Shown: positions 1 to 9,909, counted from the stretch's first letter. The stretch: DNA of 64,000 nucleotides from Candidatus Dormiibacterota bacterium (GCA_019245575.1 JAFARE010000003.1:9948-73947); one strand, 5' to 3'. A program made the numbers and translations. The notes: generated by a model from the letters alone, not told the origin.

Positions 1-37
1 CAGCGCGTGCCGCCGCCGGCTCGGATGGTGCCGAGCC

Positions 38-1126
38 TCATCGCGGCTCGAAGGTGGAGGTCACGTTCTGCGCGGCATCGAGCGTCTCCTCGCGGAAGAG
101 GTGCAGCGCGCGGAGCATCGGCGTGTCGCTCACGGCAAAGATGTCCGTCTCCTCCGCCGCCTGGTGCTCCACGGCGGTCCATGACGGGACCACGATCATG
201 TCGCCCTGGCTCCAGTCGAAACGCTGGCCGTTCAGCACGCTGCTGCCATGCCCGCGATAGACGACGAGGATCGCGCTGCCGGTGCGGCGAACCGGCTTGG
301 TGCGGCCGCCCGCGGCGATGCGATGCAGCTGGCAGTCGAACGTCGGCAGCGCGCTGACGCCGCGCGTGGGATCGACGAACTCGATGCTCACCATGGGGCC
401 GCCGCGCTCGCGCAGCAGTGCTGCGAGCGCGCGGTCGCTGTCCTCCCAGCGATACACCCAGAGCGGTGAGAACGGCTCCGCAGGCCGCTCGCCGGCGGGC
501 AGCAGCCCGGGGCCGCCGAAGTTGCGCGCGGAGCGGTTGTGTTCGCCCTGCACGCGCTGGTTCAGGTCCGGGTAGTTCTCGTAGAAGATCGCGTCCAGCG
601 CGTTGACCAGCGGGAGATCCAGCCCGTCGAACCAGATCATCGTCTTGTCGCCGTCGTTGCAGTGGTCGTGCCAGGTCCAGGCGGGCGTCAGCACGAGGTC
701 GCCGGGATGCATGTCACATGCGTCGCCGTTGACCGTGGTCCACACGCCGTCGCCCTCGAGCACGAAGCGGATCGCCGCCGCCGTGTGACGGTGCGCCGGC
801 GCGGTCTCATGCGCGTTGAGGTACTGCACCGCGCCCCACAGCGTCGGCGTTGCATATGGCTTGCCGTGCAGGCCGGGGTTGGACAGCGACAGCACCCGGC
901 GCTCGCCGCCACGCTCGATGCCCACGAGCTCACCGCCGCGCGCGGCCAGCCGGCGCAGCGTCTCCCACCGCCAGAGCCACGGCACCGCGTCCGGCTTGGG
1001 ATGCTTGGACATGAGGTCCTTCGCCTGGGTCCACAGGGGCTGCAGGTCGTGCTGCTCCAGCTCCTTGTAGAACTGCTCCAGCTCGCGGTCGATGCTGACG
1101 TCAGTGGCCATCGTCTTCCTCTTCAC
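38..1126 (-). CDS. gentisate 1,2-dioxygenase (bicupin ring-cleavage dioxygenase)
   Basis: 362-aa ORF with two cupin halves and a His-rich metal site region ('ETAPAHRHTAAAIRFVLEG', 'WTWHDH'). Size and sequence are typical of gentisate/1-hydroxy-2-naphthoate dioxygenases. It is the last gene of the co-directional aryl-CoA operon. Confidence 0.8.
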   Translation of the reverse strand: MKRKTMATDVSIDRELEQFYKELEQHDLQPLWTQAKDLMSKHPKPDAVPWLWRWETLRRLAARGGELVGIERGGERRVLSLSNPGLHGKPYATPTLWGAVQYLNAHETAPAHRHTAAAIRFVLEGDGVWTTVNGDACDMHPGDLVLTPAWTWHDHCNDGDKTMIWFDGLDLPLVNALDAIFYENYPDLNQRVQGEHNRSARNFGGPGLLPAGERPAEPFSPLWVYRWEDSDRALAALLRERGGPMVSIEFVDPTRGVSALPTFDCQLHRIAAGGRTKPVRRTGSAILVVYRGHGSSVLNGQRFDWSQGDMIVVPSWTAVEHQAAEETDIFAVSDTPMLRALHLFREETLDAAQNVTSTFEPR

Positions 1127-1141
1127 ACTCCGGTTGCTGTC

Positions 1142-2812
1142 TCACTGATTGTCCTTCTGTGCGGCGGCCATCCGCGCGGCGATGTCCTCGCGAAGCGCCT
1201 TCTTGTCGATCTTTCCCACGTTGGTCACGGGAAGGGTCTCCACCACCTCGAGGCGCTCCGGATACTTGAAGCGTGCCACGTCGCGCGTGGCGACGAACTC
1301 GCATAGCTCCTCGAGGGTCAGGCTGCATCCGTCGCGCAGCACGACGTACGTGCAGATGCGTTCGCCCAGCACGGGGTCCGGCATCGACACCGCCGCCGCA
1401 TTGAAGATCGCGGGATGGGCGAGCAGGAGGTTCTCGATCTCCTCCGCCGAGATCTTCTCGCCGCCGCGGTTGATGAGGTCCTTCTCCCGGCCCTCCACCA
1501 CGAGGTTGCCCGAGGGATGGATGCGGACCACGTCGCCGGTGCGGTAGAAGCCGTCACGCGTGAACGCGCGGGCATTGTGCTCCTCGGCGCGGAAATATCC
1601 CCGAATGGTGTAGGGCCCGCGCGCCAGCAGATGGCCGGGCTCACCCGGGGGAACGTCCCTGTCCGAGTCGTCGACCACCCGGATCTCGTCTTGCGCCGAT
1701 GCCGGCCGTCCCTGCGTGTCGATGATGACGTCCTCGGGATCGTCGAACCGCGTGAAGTTCAGCAGGCCCTCGGCCATGCCGAACACCTGCTGCAGCGTGC
1801 ATCCAAGCGTGGGCGTCACGCGCCGCGCAGCCTCCGGGTTGAGCCGCGCGCCGCCCACCTGCAGCAGGCGGAGGCTGCTCAGGTCGTAGCCGGCGCGCGA
1901 CGGCGAGTCCATCCACCGGATCGCGAGTGCGGGAACCAGCGCGGTGCACGTGACGCCGTGCTCCTGGATGAGCGCGAACGCCGTTTCCGGCTCGGTCCCC
2001 GACGCGATCACCGTGCGGCCGCCGACGAGAAACGTGCCGAGCAGACCGGGGCAGGCGAGCGGGAAGTTGTGCGAGACCGGGAGTGTTGCCATGTACACCG
2101 TTTCCCGGTCCAGCCGGCAGATCTCCGCGCTCACCCGCGCGTTGTACGCATAGTCGTCGTGCGTGCGCGGGATCAGCTTGGGCAGCCCCGTCGTGCCACC
2201 GGAGAGCAGCAGGACCGCCACGTCGTCAGCTGACACGCCGCTGCTCGTGTCCTGCGGAGGCTGTTTGCGCAGCGATGCCATCGACACGAATCCCGGCCGG
2301 ATGGAATCACCGGCCACGAGCACGTGGTGCAGCGACGGCGCCCGCGCCGCCATGCGCTCCGCGAGATCCTGGTAGTCGTAGCCGCGGTGCTCCGCCGGGA
2401 TGGCGTATGCAATCGCATCGGACAGCGAGATCAGATGCTGGATCTCGTGGTCGCGGTGCGGCGGCAGCGCCATGACCGGTATGGCGCCGACGCGGAAGCA
2501 CGCGAGGCACAGGTCGACGAAGTCGATGACGTTGGGGAGCTGCACGACGATGCGATCCCGCGCCTCGATCCCGAGCTCCTGCAGCCCGCGCGCGACACGG
2601 AGGGAGCGGTCCTGCAGCTCGCGATAGGTGAGCTGCTCACCGGCGGCGATGCATGCGATGTCGTCCGGAAACCGTGCGGCCGTCGCATCGAACACCTCGG
2701 CGAGCGTCCGCCCCTCCCACATGCCGAGGTCGCGGTATCGGGCCGCATCCTCGCCCGGGATCGGGACGAACCCCGGCAGCACGGCCTCGGGCCCCACATC
2801 GGTTGTCGTCAT
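1142..2812 (-). CDS. aryl-acid (salicylate/2,3-dihydroxybenzoate type) AMP/CoA ligase
   Basis: 556 aa with adenylate-forming motifs 'LLLSGGTTGLPKLIPRTH', 'YRTGD' and 'GREKDLINRGGEKI'. Looks like the DhbE/EntE/SdgA class. The start ATG overlaps the upstream stop (ATGA at 2809-2812). Confidence 0.85.
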   Translation of the reverse strand: MTTTDVGPEAVLPGFVPIPGEDAARYRDLGMWEGRTLAEVFDATAARFPDDIACIAAGEQLTYRELQDRSLRVARGLQELGIEARDRIVVQLPNVIDFVDLCLACFRVGAIPVMALPPHRDHEIQHLISLSDAIAYAIPAEHRGYDYQDLAERMAARAPSLHHVLVAGDSIRPGFVSMASLRKQPPQDTSSGVSADDVAVLLLSGGTTGLPKLIPRTHDDYAYNARVSAEICRLDRETVYMATLPVSHNFPLACPGLLGTFLVGGRTVIASGTEPETAFALIQEHGVTCTALVPALAIRWMDSPSRAGYDLSSLRLLQVGGARLNPEAARRVTPTLGCTLQQVFGMAEGLLNFTRFDDPEDVIIDTQGRPASAQDEIRVVDDSDRDVPPGEPGHLLARGPYTIRGYFRAEEHNARAFTRDGFYRTGDVVRIHPSGNLVVEGREKDLINRGGEKISAEEIENLLLAHPAIFNAAAVSMPDPVLGERICTYVVLRDGCSLTLEELCEFVATRDVARFKYPERLEVVETLPVTNVGKIDKKALREDIAARMAAAQKDNQ

Positions 2813-4722
2813 GCGCTCACCAGGGAGAGGCGCTGCTCCGCCGTCGCCTCCTCCTCGGGCGCCCAGTCCGGCGAGGCGAACTGAGGGCGGCCCCAGCAGA
2901 GGTCGGCGCGGCCAGCCTCGATCTGCGTGCGCGCGTCGTCGATGGTCAGCACGCCGCCGGCCATCGCCACCGGGACGCCCAGCTCGTTCCGGATCGCGTC
3001 GCAGAGGAGCAGCTGCTCGATGCCGGCCGCGTCACGCCGCGGGCTGACGGTCCGGGGTGACACGGTGACCAGGTCCAGACAGCCCTCCTGGCGCAGGGGT
3101 GCCAGCGCAGCGAGCACGGCCTCGGTGGTCCGCGTCCGCTTGTGGCTCTCCGGTGGCGCAGTGACGTGCGCTGCGAGCGGACGGGATTCCGGCCACCGGC
3201 GGCGAGCGTCCCGAAAGCGCTCGGATGTGGCCGGGTCGCCGGGATCGATGTGCACATCGAGCAGCTCGAACGCACCGTGCGCGGCGGCCCAGAACTCGTC
3301 GTCGAGGGCCAGCGCCTGCGCCACCGAGAGGCCCACCGCCTGTCCGCGCAGGTGCTGCTGCGCCTCCTGGACCGCCGCGCACCACTGACGCAGCTGCGCG
3401 CGGGACGTCACTGCGCTGCTCATCACCAGGCCCGCGCCCGCGAGTGCCATGGCGCCGATGGCGAATGCCGTCGAATCCGGAGCGGTCACGACGATCCGGT
3501 TCGCAAGGCTGAGGCCGCGCAGGTCGAGCGCATCGGTGGTGGGAAGCGTGCCGCTGCCGCGCGCGCCCGCCGGCGCAGTGGCCTCGTCGATGGCGCGGAC
3601 GAAGCGCCGGTCGCGCATGCGCAGGCTGTCGTGACTCACCATGCCGGTGCGCGTATGGAAATGGAACGCGAACCGCTCGGGACTGAGCTGCTGCAGACGC
3701 TGTCCAAAACGCTCCCACCACACGCGGCTCGGTTCGGCCACCTCCTGGATGTGCTCGATGCCCGGGCGCCGCGCTGCCTCGTAGGCCTCGAACGCCTCCG
3801 GAATGCTTGCGGCGCCTTCCAGACTCTGAGCCAGCGCGATCGCGTCCTCCATCGCCATCTTGGTCCCAGAGCCGACGGAGAAATGCGCGGTGTGGGCCGC
3901 GTCGCCGATCAGCACCGCGTTGCCGGCGCTCCAGCGCTGGTTGCGCACCGTGGGGAAGGCGAGCCACTTCGAGTTGTTCGCCAGGAGCTCGTGGTCGCCC
4001 AGCTCCTCGGCGAAGACCTTGCGGCAGTGCTCGATTGCGTTGGTGTCACTCTCGCCCGGAGCCAGGTCGCGCGGGTCGCATGCATCCAGACCGGCTCGCT
4101 GCCAGGTGTTCGCATCCGTCTCCACGATGAAGGTGCTCTGCCCGTCGGCAAACGGATACGCGTGCACGCCGAAGGCGCCGTGCTCCGTCTCGCGGAAGAT
4201 CATCGTGAGCGCGTCGAAGCGCTGCGTCGTGCCGAACCAGATGAACCGTGCCTCGCCGACGCTGATCGACGTGCCGAAGGCCTGCTCGTGCTGCTGGCGG
4301 CTCGAGCTCTGAGCGCCCTCGGCGATGACGACGACGTCGCAACCGTCGAGGTCGGCCGCCGATGCCTCTTGCTCAAAGTTGAGCTGCGCTCCGGCCGTAT
4401 CGGCGCGCTCCTGCAGCACCCGCAGCAGCTCGCTGCGCGCTATCGCCGAGAACCCGTGGCCGCCGCAGCGGAGACGCCGGCCGTGCACGCGCAGCTCGAT
4501 GTCGTCCCAGTGCACGGCGCACGACGTCATCGCCGCGCAGGTCTCGGGATCTCCGCGCGCGATGTACTCGAGCGTTCGCTCGGAGAAGACAACGCCGAAC
4601 CCGTACGTCGCACCCGGGGGGTTGCGGTCGTACACCGCGACGTCCGGAGGCCGCGGCTGCCTGCGCAGCAGTGTCGCCAGGAACAGGCCGGCGGGACCGC
4701 CACCGACGATGCCTATGCGCAC
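2809..4722 (-). CDS. salicylyl-CoA 5-hydroxylase-like bifunctional FAD monooxygenase / OYE-like oxidoreductase
   Basis: N-terminal FAD fold 'RIGIVGGGPAGLFLA' and 'LIGDAAHTAHFSVGSGTKMAMEDA', with a C-terminal TIM-barrel-like half. I chose the GTG at 4722 because GAGGAAG lies about 8 nt upstream. The track ORF extends to 4818 and would overlap the P450 gene. Confidence 0.75.
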   Translation of the reverse strand: MRIGIVGGGPAGLFLATLLRRQPRPPDVAVYDRNPPGATYGFGVVFSERTLEYIARGDPETCAAMTSCAVHWDDIELRVHGRRLRCGGHGFSAIARSELLRVLQERADTAGAQLNFEQEASAADLDGCDVVVIAEGAQSSSRQQHEQAFGTSISVGEARFIWFGTTQRFDALTMIFRETEHGAFGVHAYPFADGQSTFIVETDANTWQRAGLDACDPRDLAPGESDTNAIEHCRKVFAEELGDHELLANNSKWLAFPTVRNQRWSAGNAVLIGDAAHTAHFSVGSGTKMAMEDAIALAQSLEGAASIPEAFEAYEAARRPGIEHIQEVAEPSRVWWERFGQRLQQLSPERFAFHFHTRTGMVSHDSLRMRDRRFVRAIDEATAPAGARGSGTLPTTDALDLRGLSLANRIVVTAPDSTAFAIGAMALAGAGLVMSSAVTSRAQLRQWCAAVQEAQQHLRGQAVGLSVAQALALDDEFWAAAHGAFELLDVHIDPGDPATSERFRDARRRWPESRPLAAHVTAPPESHKRTRTTEAVLAALAPLRQEGCLDLVTVSPRTVSPRRDAAGIEQLLLCDAIRNELGVPVAMAGGVLTIDDARTQIEAGRADLCWGRPQFASPDWAPEEEATAEQRLSLVSA

Positions 4723-4771
4723 CGGGATTGCTTCCTCACGTCGGTTCGTACACGAATGGTTGCGACCTCGG

Positions 4772-5974
4772 TCAGCCCCGGGTCGCCTCCCAGACGACGT
4801 CGAGGCGCTTCGGCCCACGCATCATCGCTGATTCCACGAATTCGATCTCGAATCCCTCGGCCAGGGCCAGCGATGGCAGCAGATCCATGAGCGCCTCCAG
4901 CGCCACGCGCGCCTCGAGCCGTCCGAGCGGCGCTCCCAGACAGTAGTGGCGGCCCGACCCCATCGCCAGGTGCTTGTCGACGACATCCGCCCGGTCCAGC
5001 GAGAAGGAATCGGGATCAGCCCACACGGTCTCATCGCGGTTGGCCGAGCCGATGCCCACCAGCACGCGCTGCCCCGGCTCGACCTTCACGCCATGGATGG
5101 CCGCTTCCGTGGTGCAGCGCCGCATCACCCACTGGATGGGGGAGTCGTGGCGCAGCGACTCGTCGATGGCCGTGGGTATGAGCGAGCGGTCCGCGGCCAC
5201 CCGCTCCCAGAGCTCACGCGTTCGCAGCAGCTCGTGGACCACGTTGCCGATCAGCCTGGTGGCGGTGTCGTTGCCGGCCACGATGAACTGGAAGATGGCC
5301 ATGCGGATCTCACCGTCGTCCAGCCGCGTGCCCTCCTCCTCGGCCTGCAGGAGCCGGGTGACGATGTCGTCCGGTGGCGATGGGTCGGCCCGCCGCTCCG
5401 CGATGAGGCGGTCGATGAACGCCTTGAAGTCCGCCCAGCTCTGGAGGTGGTGGAAGGAGCGAGGCACGGTCGAGGTGATCTCGGCGGTCCATCGGGTGAA
5501 GTCCGGAGCGTGCTCGGCGGGGACGCCGATGAGGTGGGCGATCACCTCGGACGGCAGCGGCTGGGCGAGAAAGGCCATCAGGTCGCCGCGGCCATCGGAC
5601 TGGACCTTCTCGACCAGCTGCCTGGCCGTCTCACGCACGAAGGGTTCCGCAGCGCGGACGGCGCGCGGGTTCAGGCCGGCCGCCACCAGGCGGCGGAAGA
5701 GGTTGTGCCGCGGAGGGTCGAGCTGGACGATCGTCGGCGGGTCGACCTCCCCGTCAGGGTGGTCGAGCTGGAAGTTGCCCGCATTGGAGAAGGTGTTGAA
5801 GTCGAGCAGCACCTGGCGGGCGTCCCCGTCGGTGGCGACGAAGAAGTGCCCGGGCAGCGCCTCGGACACCGGGCACCGCCGCCGGATCTCAGCGAGGCGG
5901 GCGTAGGGCTCGCGATACGAGGCGGGGTCGAGGGGGTTGAAGCAAAGGTCGCTCTCGCTTTCGACCGATGTCAC
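4772..5974 (-). CDS. cytochrome P450
   Basis: 400 aa with I-helix 'VAGNDTAT', ExxR 'ESLRH' and the heme-thiolate loop 'MGSGRHYCLGAPLG'. Confidence 0.9.
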   Translation of the reverse strand: MTSVESESDLCFNPLDPASYREPYARLAEIRRRCPVSEALPGHFFVATDGDARQVLLDFNTFSNAGNFQLDHPDGEVDPPTIVQLDPPRHNLFRRLVAAGLNPRAVRAAEPFVRETARQLVEKVQSDGRGDLMAFLAQPLPSEVIAHLIGVPAEHAPDFTRWTAEITSTVPRSFHHLQSWADFKAFIDRLIAERRADPSPPDDIVTRLLQAEEEGTRLDDGEIRMAIFQFIVAGNDTATRLIGNVVHELLRTRELWERVAADRSLIPTAIDESLRHDSPIQWVMRRCTTEAAIHGVKVEPGQRVLVGIGSANRDETVWADPDSFSLDRADVVDKHLAMGSGRHYCLGAPLGRLEARVALEALMDLLPSLALAEGFEIEFVESAMMRGPKRLDVVWEATRG

Positions 5975-6232
5975 TCGTGCCTCCTGGGGAGTGCTGTCTC
6001 ATCATGCGGGAGGGATGTCCCGGATGATGGACATGGTAATTGCCGCCCCGCGCGACCGCAACGCAGCGGATGGGAGGCAATCACGCACGCCGGGGACGCG
6101 AATTGCGATCGTCAGCGAGTGACTTCGAGAAGGCGGCCCGCCAGCCGGTTCTGGGGCTGGGGAGGCCGGCGAGCCCGCCCCCTCGAGGCGCAACGATACC
6201 GGTTCGCGAGCCTTCGCGCAGAGACCCTCGCG

Positions 6233-7657
6233 ATGGCCGCCGTGGGAGCGGGTGTCACGGCATTCCAGCTGAGCCGGCCGGGCATGCTCTTCGGCATCAC
6301 GCCTGACGTCTCGGCATGGTTCGGCGCGTCGATTCGCCTGGTCCACGGCGCGGCCCCGTACCGCGATTTCTTTCTGAGCCAGCCGCCCGGCTTCACGCTC
6401 CTGGCCACTCCGTTCGCGTTGCTCAGCGACGGCATCGGCACCCGGAACGCGCTGGCCGTGATGCGGCTCTGCACTCCGATGGTCGCCGCTGCGAACGTGC
6501 TGCTCATCGCGTGCGTCGTCGGCCATCGCGGGCGTGCTGCTGTGGTGGTCGCGGGAGCGATCGTCGCGCTGGCGCCGGCGATGCTGTACGCGATCCAGGG
6601 GCCGATGCTGGAGCCGCTGCTCGCCCTGTTCTGCCTGCTCGGCATCGGCAGGGTGTTCGACGGCGACGTTGTCGCGAAACCCGGACGCGTCGCGCTCGGC
6701 GGCGCGTCGCTTGGGTTCGCGGTCGCGATCAAGCTGTCGGCGATTGTTCCGGCCCTGGTGCTGGCCCTGCTCCTGACCGCGGTGGCGCGCCGCGTCCTGC
6801 CGCGCTTTGTCGCCGGGCTCGCCGCCGGATTCGGCGTGCCATCGCTGGCGTTCATCGCGCTGGCACCGGCGGCCTTCGCGCGCGACGTGATCGGCACGCA
6901 GCTCAACCGCGTCCCGTCGGCGGCGCGGCTGCCGGCGGGCCCGCGCCTCAGCGACGTCACCGGCACTGCGTGGTTCGGCGGGGGAGAGGTGGCGGCCGCC
7001 GCCATCTTCGCCGTCGCGGCCATCACCGTCGTGCTCGCATTTGCGGCCGTGCGCCGTCCGGTGGCGCCGCTGGACTGGTTCGCGATGGCTGCGGCCGTGG
7101 CCGTGCTCCTGGCACAGCTCGCGCCCGCCGTGTACTACCCGCACTATGCGGCGCTCACGGCGCCGTTCATCGCGCTCATCCTCGGGCTTGCTGCGGCGCG
7201 GCTGGCGCCTCTGCATATGGGGCGCGCTGTCGCGGCCCTTGGTGTGGTGGTGTGCGCTGCGCTGCTCGCGCTCGACGCAGCGTCCATTCGCACGGCGAGC
7301 GCACCGGATTACGCCACCGTGGTCGACTCGGTGATCCCGGCCGGCGGGTGCACGCTGTCCGACGCGCCGTCGAAGCTGGTGACATCGGATCGATTCGTGT
7401 CCGCGCGCGCCGGATGCACCATGGTCACCGACCCCAACGGCGCAGCCGTTGCGCTGATCGGCGACCCCACCGGCGCCGCGATGACGTGGCAGACCGCGTT
7501 CCAGCAGAGCGACTACGTGGTCACCGACCACCCAGTGAACGCGTGGTACATCTCGGCGACGCCCTCACTGCTGCGCTACATCGCCGCCAACTTCAGGATT
7601 GAATGGCGCGGCGGCCTGCTCTTCTACATGCGGTCGACCGTGGCCAGCCGCATGTAG
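6233..7657 (+). CDS. polytopic membrane protein, DUF2029/GT87-like (putative polyprenol-phosphate-dependent glycosyltransferase)
   Basis: Only the 3' part of the 903-aa track ORF is credible, because the 5' part is antisense to the P450 gene. From ATG 6233 there are many TM helices and a first loop 'HGAAPYRDFFLSQPPGFTLL', as in DUF2029 proteins. The start is uncertain. Confidence 0.6.
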   Translation: MAAVGAGVTAFQLSRPGMLFGITPDVSAWFGASIRLVHGAAPYRDFFLSQPPGFTLLATPFALLSDGIGTRNALAVMRLCTPMVAAANVLLIACVVGHRGRAAVVVAGAIVALAPAMLYAIQGPMLEPLLALFCLLGIGRVFDGDVVAKPGRVALGGASLGFAVAIKLSAIVPALVLALLLTAVARRVLPRFVAGLAAGFGVPSLAFIALAPAAFARDVIGTQLNRVPSAARLPAGPRLSDVTGTAWFGGGEVAAAAIFAVAAITVVLAFAAVRRPVAPLDWFAMAAAVAVLLAQLAPAVYYPHYAALTAPFIALILGLAAARLAPLHMGRAVAALGVVVCAALLALDAASIRTASAPDYATVVDSVIPAGGCTLSDAPSKLVTSDRFVSARAGCTMVTDPNGAAVALIGDPTGAAMTWQTAFQQSDYVVTDHPVNAWYISATPSLLRYIAANFRIEWRGGLLFYMRSTVASRM

Positions 7658-8463
7658 CGATACGTCGTCACCGGCTTGAACCCCGCGCGTGAGTACAGAC
7701 GGCGCGCGGCTGCGTTCTCCGTGTCGACCTCGAGGCCGACGTCACGCACGCCGTGACGCGCCAGGAGATCGAGCGCGGCGCTCAGCATGCGCGCGCCGAC
7801 GCGGCGGCCCCGTACGCGCCGGTCGACCACGAAGCCGTAGATCATCCAGCGCCGCGATCCACGCACCAGGCGCGTGGTGCCGACGATCTCCTCACCCTCG
7901 AGCGCCACAAAGGTCTCGTGCAGCGGAGGCGCACCGATGGCGCTGCGTGGCTCGCCGAACCCGTCCGCGAGGATGTCGATCACGCGCTCGGTGTCAGCCG
8001 CCGTCGCCTCGCGCAGCAGCAGCCCAGTGTCGCTGTGGCGGCCGGCGCCGATGCGCATCCGCATGCGCAGCTCCGCATGGTCCTCGCTCGCGCCCAGCCG
8101 CCGCAGCCAGGCGAGCGCATGCGGTGCGGCGTCCTCGCAGATCACGAGCACGCTCTCGCGTCCCGCTGCGGCTACCATCTCGCACGCTTCCCGCAGCAGC
8201 GCGCTGCCGCATCCGGCGCCCCGCATGCGCGGATGGACCATGCCGCACACCTCGGCGTCGATGCCGAAGTCGACGCCGCAGTAGCCGTCGATCCGGCCGT
8301 CGACCCACGCGAGCACCGTGTCGGGGTGCCCGTCACTCCGCTCGTGGGCCGGCTCGAGCTTGAGGTCCAGGCTGTCGGCCGCCTCGCACTCGGCCTGCAG
8401 CTCGAGCACGCGATCCAGTGCGTCCCCGCTCAGACCCCTTCCGGTCGTGAGGTTCCAGGCCAT
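7624..8463 (-). CDS. tandem-GNAT N-acetyltransferase (mycothiol synthase MshD-like architecture)
   Basis: 279 aa with two acetyl-CoA motifs, 'RMRGAGCGSALL' and 'RVRGRRVGARML'. The 3' end overlaps the convergent gene by 34 nt. Confidence 0.7.
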   Translation of the reverse strand: MAWNLTTGRGLSGDALDRVLELQAECEAADSLDLKLEPAHERSDGHPDTVLAWVDGRIDGYCGVDFGIDAEVCGMVHPRMRGAGCGSALLREACEMVAAAGRESVLVICEDAAPHALAWLRRLGASEDHAELRMRMRIGAGRHSDTGLLLREATAADTERVIDILADGFGEPRSAIGAPPLHETFVALEGEEIVGTTRLVRGSRRWMIYGFVVDRRVRGRRVGARMLSAALDLLARHGVRDVGLEVDTENAAARRLYSRAGFKPVTTYRYMRLATVDRM

Positions 8464-9113
8464 CAGGAGGCCTGCGGCACCTCCTGATGCTCGAAACCGT
8501 CCACGCGCTCAGCCACGATGCGCAGCACGCGCGCACCCGTGCCCAGCTGGAAGTGCGACGCGTCCACCTCGACGAGCTCCGCAGGCGGGTCGCAGCACGC
8601 TTGCCAGTCGACCACGCGGTCGCGCTTGCTGTAGACCGACACGTACGGGATGTGCGCGGGAAACGGTGCGCCGAGCAGCGCGCGAACAGCCTCGGCGCAC
8701 TCGCCCTGAAGGCAATCCGTCCCCAGCACGCGGCGCACACCCCACGCGTTCAGCCGGCTCAGCATGCCGATCTGCATGCGGACCATCCTGCTCACGGCCA
8801 TGGGGTCGGCGTTGGGCCCACCCAGCGAGACGAGCGCGCTGACCAGGTCGGGGCGGCGCATCGTGACCAGCTTGCCCAGCGTGCCGCCGCGGCTCCAACC
8901 CACGACGACCGCGGGGCGCCCACAGGTGGCCTGCGACGCGCGCAAGCGCTGTTCCAGGCGATCCACCAGCTCCGTCGTGCAGCCGATGTTTATGCCAATG
9001 TGGGCAGCAACAATCGGATGACCACGCCGGCGGAGCGTCCGAGCCAATGGCAGCATGGTGTAGTCGCCGGCCCACAGCCCGGGAACCAGGAGCACCGGCG
9101 CTCGCCCGGTCAT
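8463..9113 (-). CDS. alpha/beta hydrolase (lipase-like)
   Basis: 'PVLLVPGLWAG' and the nucleophile elbow 'GWSRGG'. I chose the internal ATG at 9113, 4 nt after the upstream stop. Its stop overlaps the next start by 1 nt (TGATG). Confidence 0.6.
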   Translation of the reverse strand: MTGRAPVLLVPGLWAGDYTMLPLARTLRRRGHPIVAAHIGINIGCTTELVDRLEQRLRASQATCGRPAVVVGWSRGGTLGKLVTMRRPDLVSALVSLGGPNADPMAVSRMVRMQIGMLSRLNAWGVRRVLGTDCLQGECAEAVRALLGAPFPAHIPYVSVYSKRDRVVDWQACCDPPAELVEVDASHFQLGTGARVLRIVAERVDGFEHQEVPQAS

Positions 9114-9117
9114 CACG

Positions 9118-9909
9118 TCAGCGGCCGCTGAATCGCGCCGGGCGTTTCTCGAGAAAGGCACTGACGCCCTCGAAGAAGTCGGCGGTGCCGGTCGCCGCGT
9201 CCTGCAGCTCTTCCTCGACAAGCAGCTGCGCGTCGAGGTCGTTGTTCAGCGACCGGTTGAGGGCGTGCTTGATGAAGCCGATGGAGCGCGGCCCCTGCGC
9301 GAGCCTGGCGGCCAGCGCGCGCGCCTCCTTGAGGAGCGCCTCATCCGCCACCACGCGGTTGACCAGGCCGATCTCGAGCGCGCGCTTCGCCTCGACGGAC
9401 TCGCCGAGCATCATCAGCTCGGCGGCGCGCGCCGGGCCGATCAGGCGCGGCAGGAAGTACGTGCTGCTCGCATCGGGGATGAGCCCGATGCGCACGAACG
9501 CCTGCAGGAACGACGCCGACTTGGACGCGACGCGCAGGTCGCACGCGAGCGCGAGTGAAAAGCCGGCACCCGCGGCGACGCCGTTCACCGCCCCGATCAC
9601 CGGCTTCTCCAGGTCCCGGATAGCGTGAATCGCAGGCACGTAGTGCTCGCGCAGATGCCTGCGCACGTTGAGCTCGCCGTCGCTCGCCGCGGAGCGCAGG
9701 TCCTGGCCGCTGCAGAACGCCCTTCCGGCGCCGGTGATGACCACCGCGCGCACGCCGTCGTCACTCACGGCATCGCGCAACGCGGTCGCGAGCGCGTCGA
9801 GCATCCCGTCGTTGATCGCGTTGAGGACGCCGGGGCGGTTCAGCGTCAGGGTGAGCACGCCGCTGTCCTGCTCCTGCAGAACCGGCGGCGTCGCGACCTC
9901 GGTAGACAT
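9118..9909 (-). CDS. enoyl-CoA hydratase/isomerase (crotonase family)
   Basis: 'LTLNRPGVLNAIN', 'GAGRAFCSGQDL' and 'GAVNGVAAGAGFSLALACD'. The ATG at 9909 gives 264 aa. The upstream extension in the track is Arg/Thr-rich junk. Confidence 0.85.
   Translation of the reverse strand: MSTEVATPPVLQEQDSGVLTLTLNRPGVLNAINDGMLDALATALRDAVSDDGVRAVVITGAGRAFCSGQDLRSAASDGELNVRRHLREHYVPAIHAIRDLEKPVIGAVNGVAAGAGFSLALACDLRVASKSASFLQAFVRIGLIPDASSTYFLPRLIGPARAAELMMLGESVEAKRALEIGLVNRVVADEALLKEARALAARLAQGPRSIGFIKHALNRSLNNDLDAQLLVEEELQDAATGTADFFEGVSAFLEKRPARFSGR

Noticed and set aside
4946-6232. 5' two-fifths of the 903-aa plus-strand ORF.
   Set aside because: It is antisense to the P450 gene and has a junk-like composition. 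Membrane-protein character begins only near 6233.
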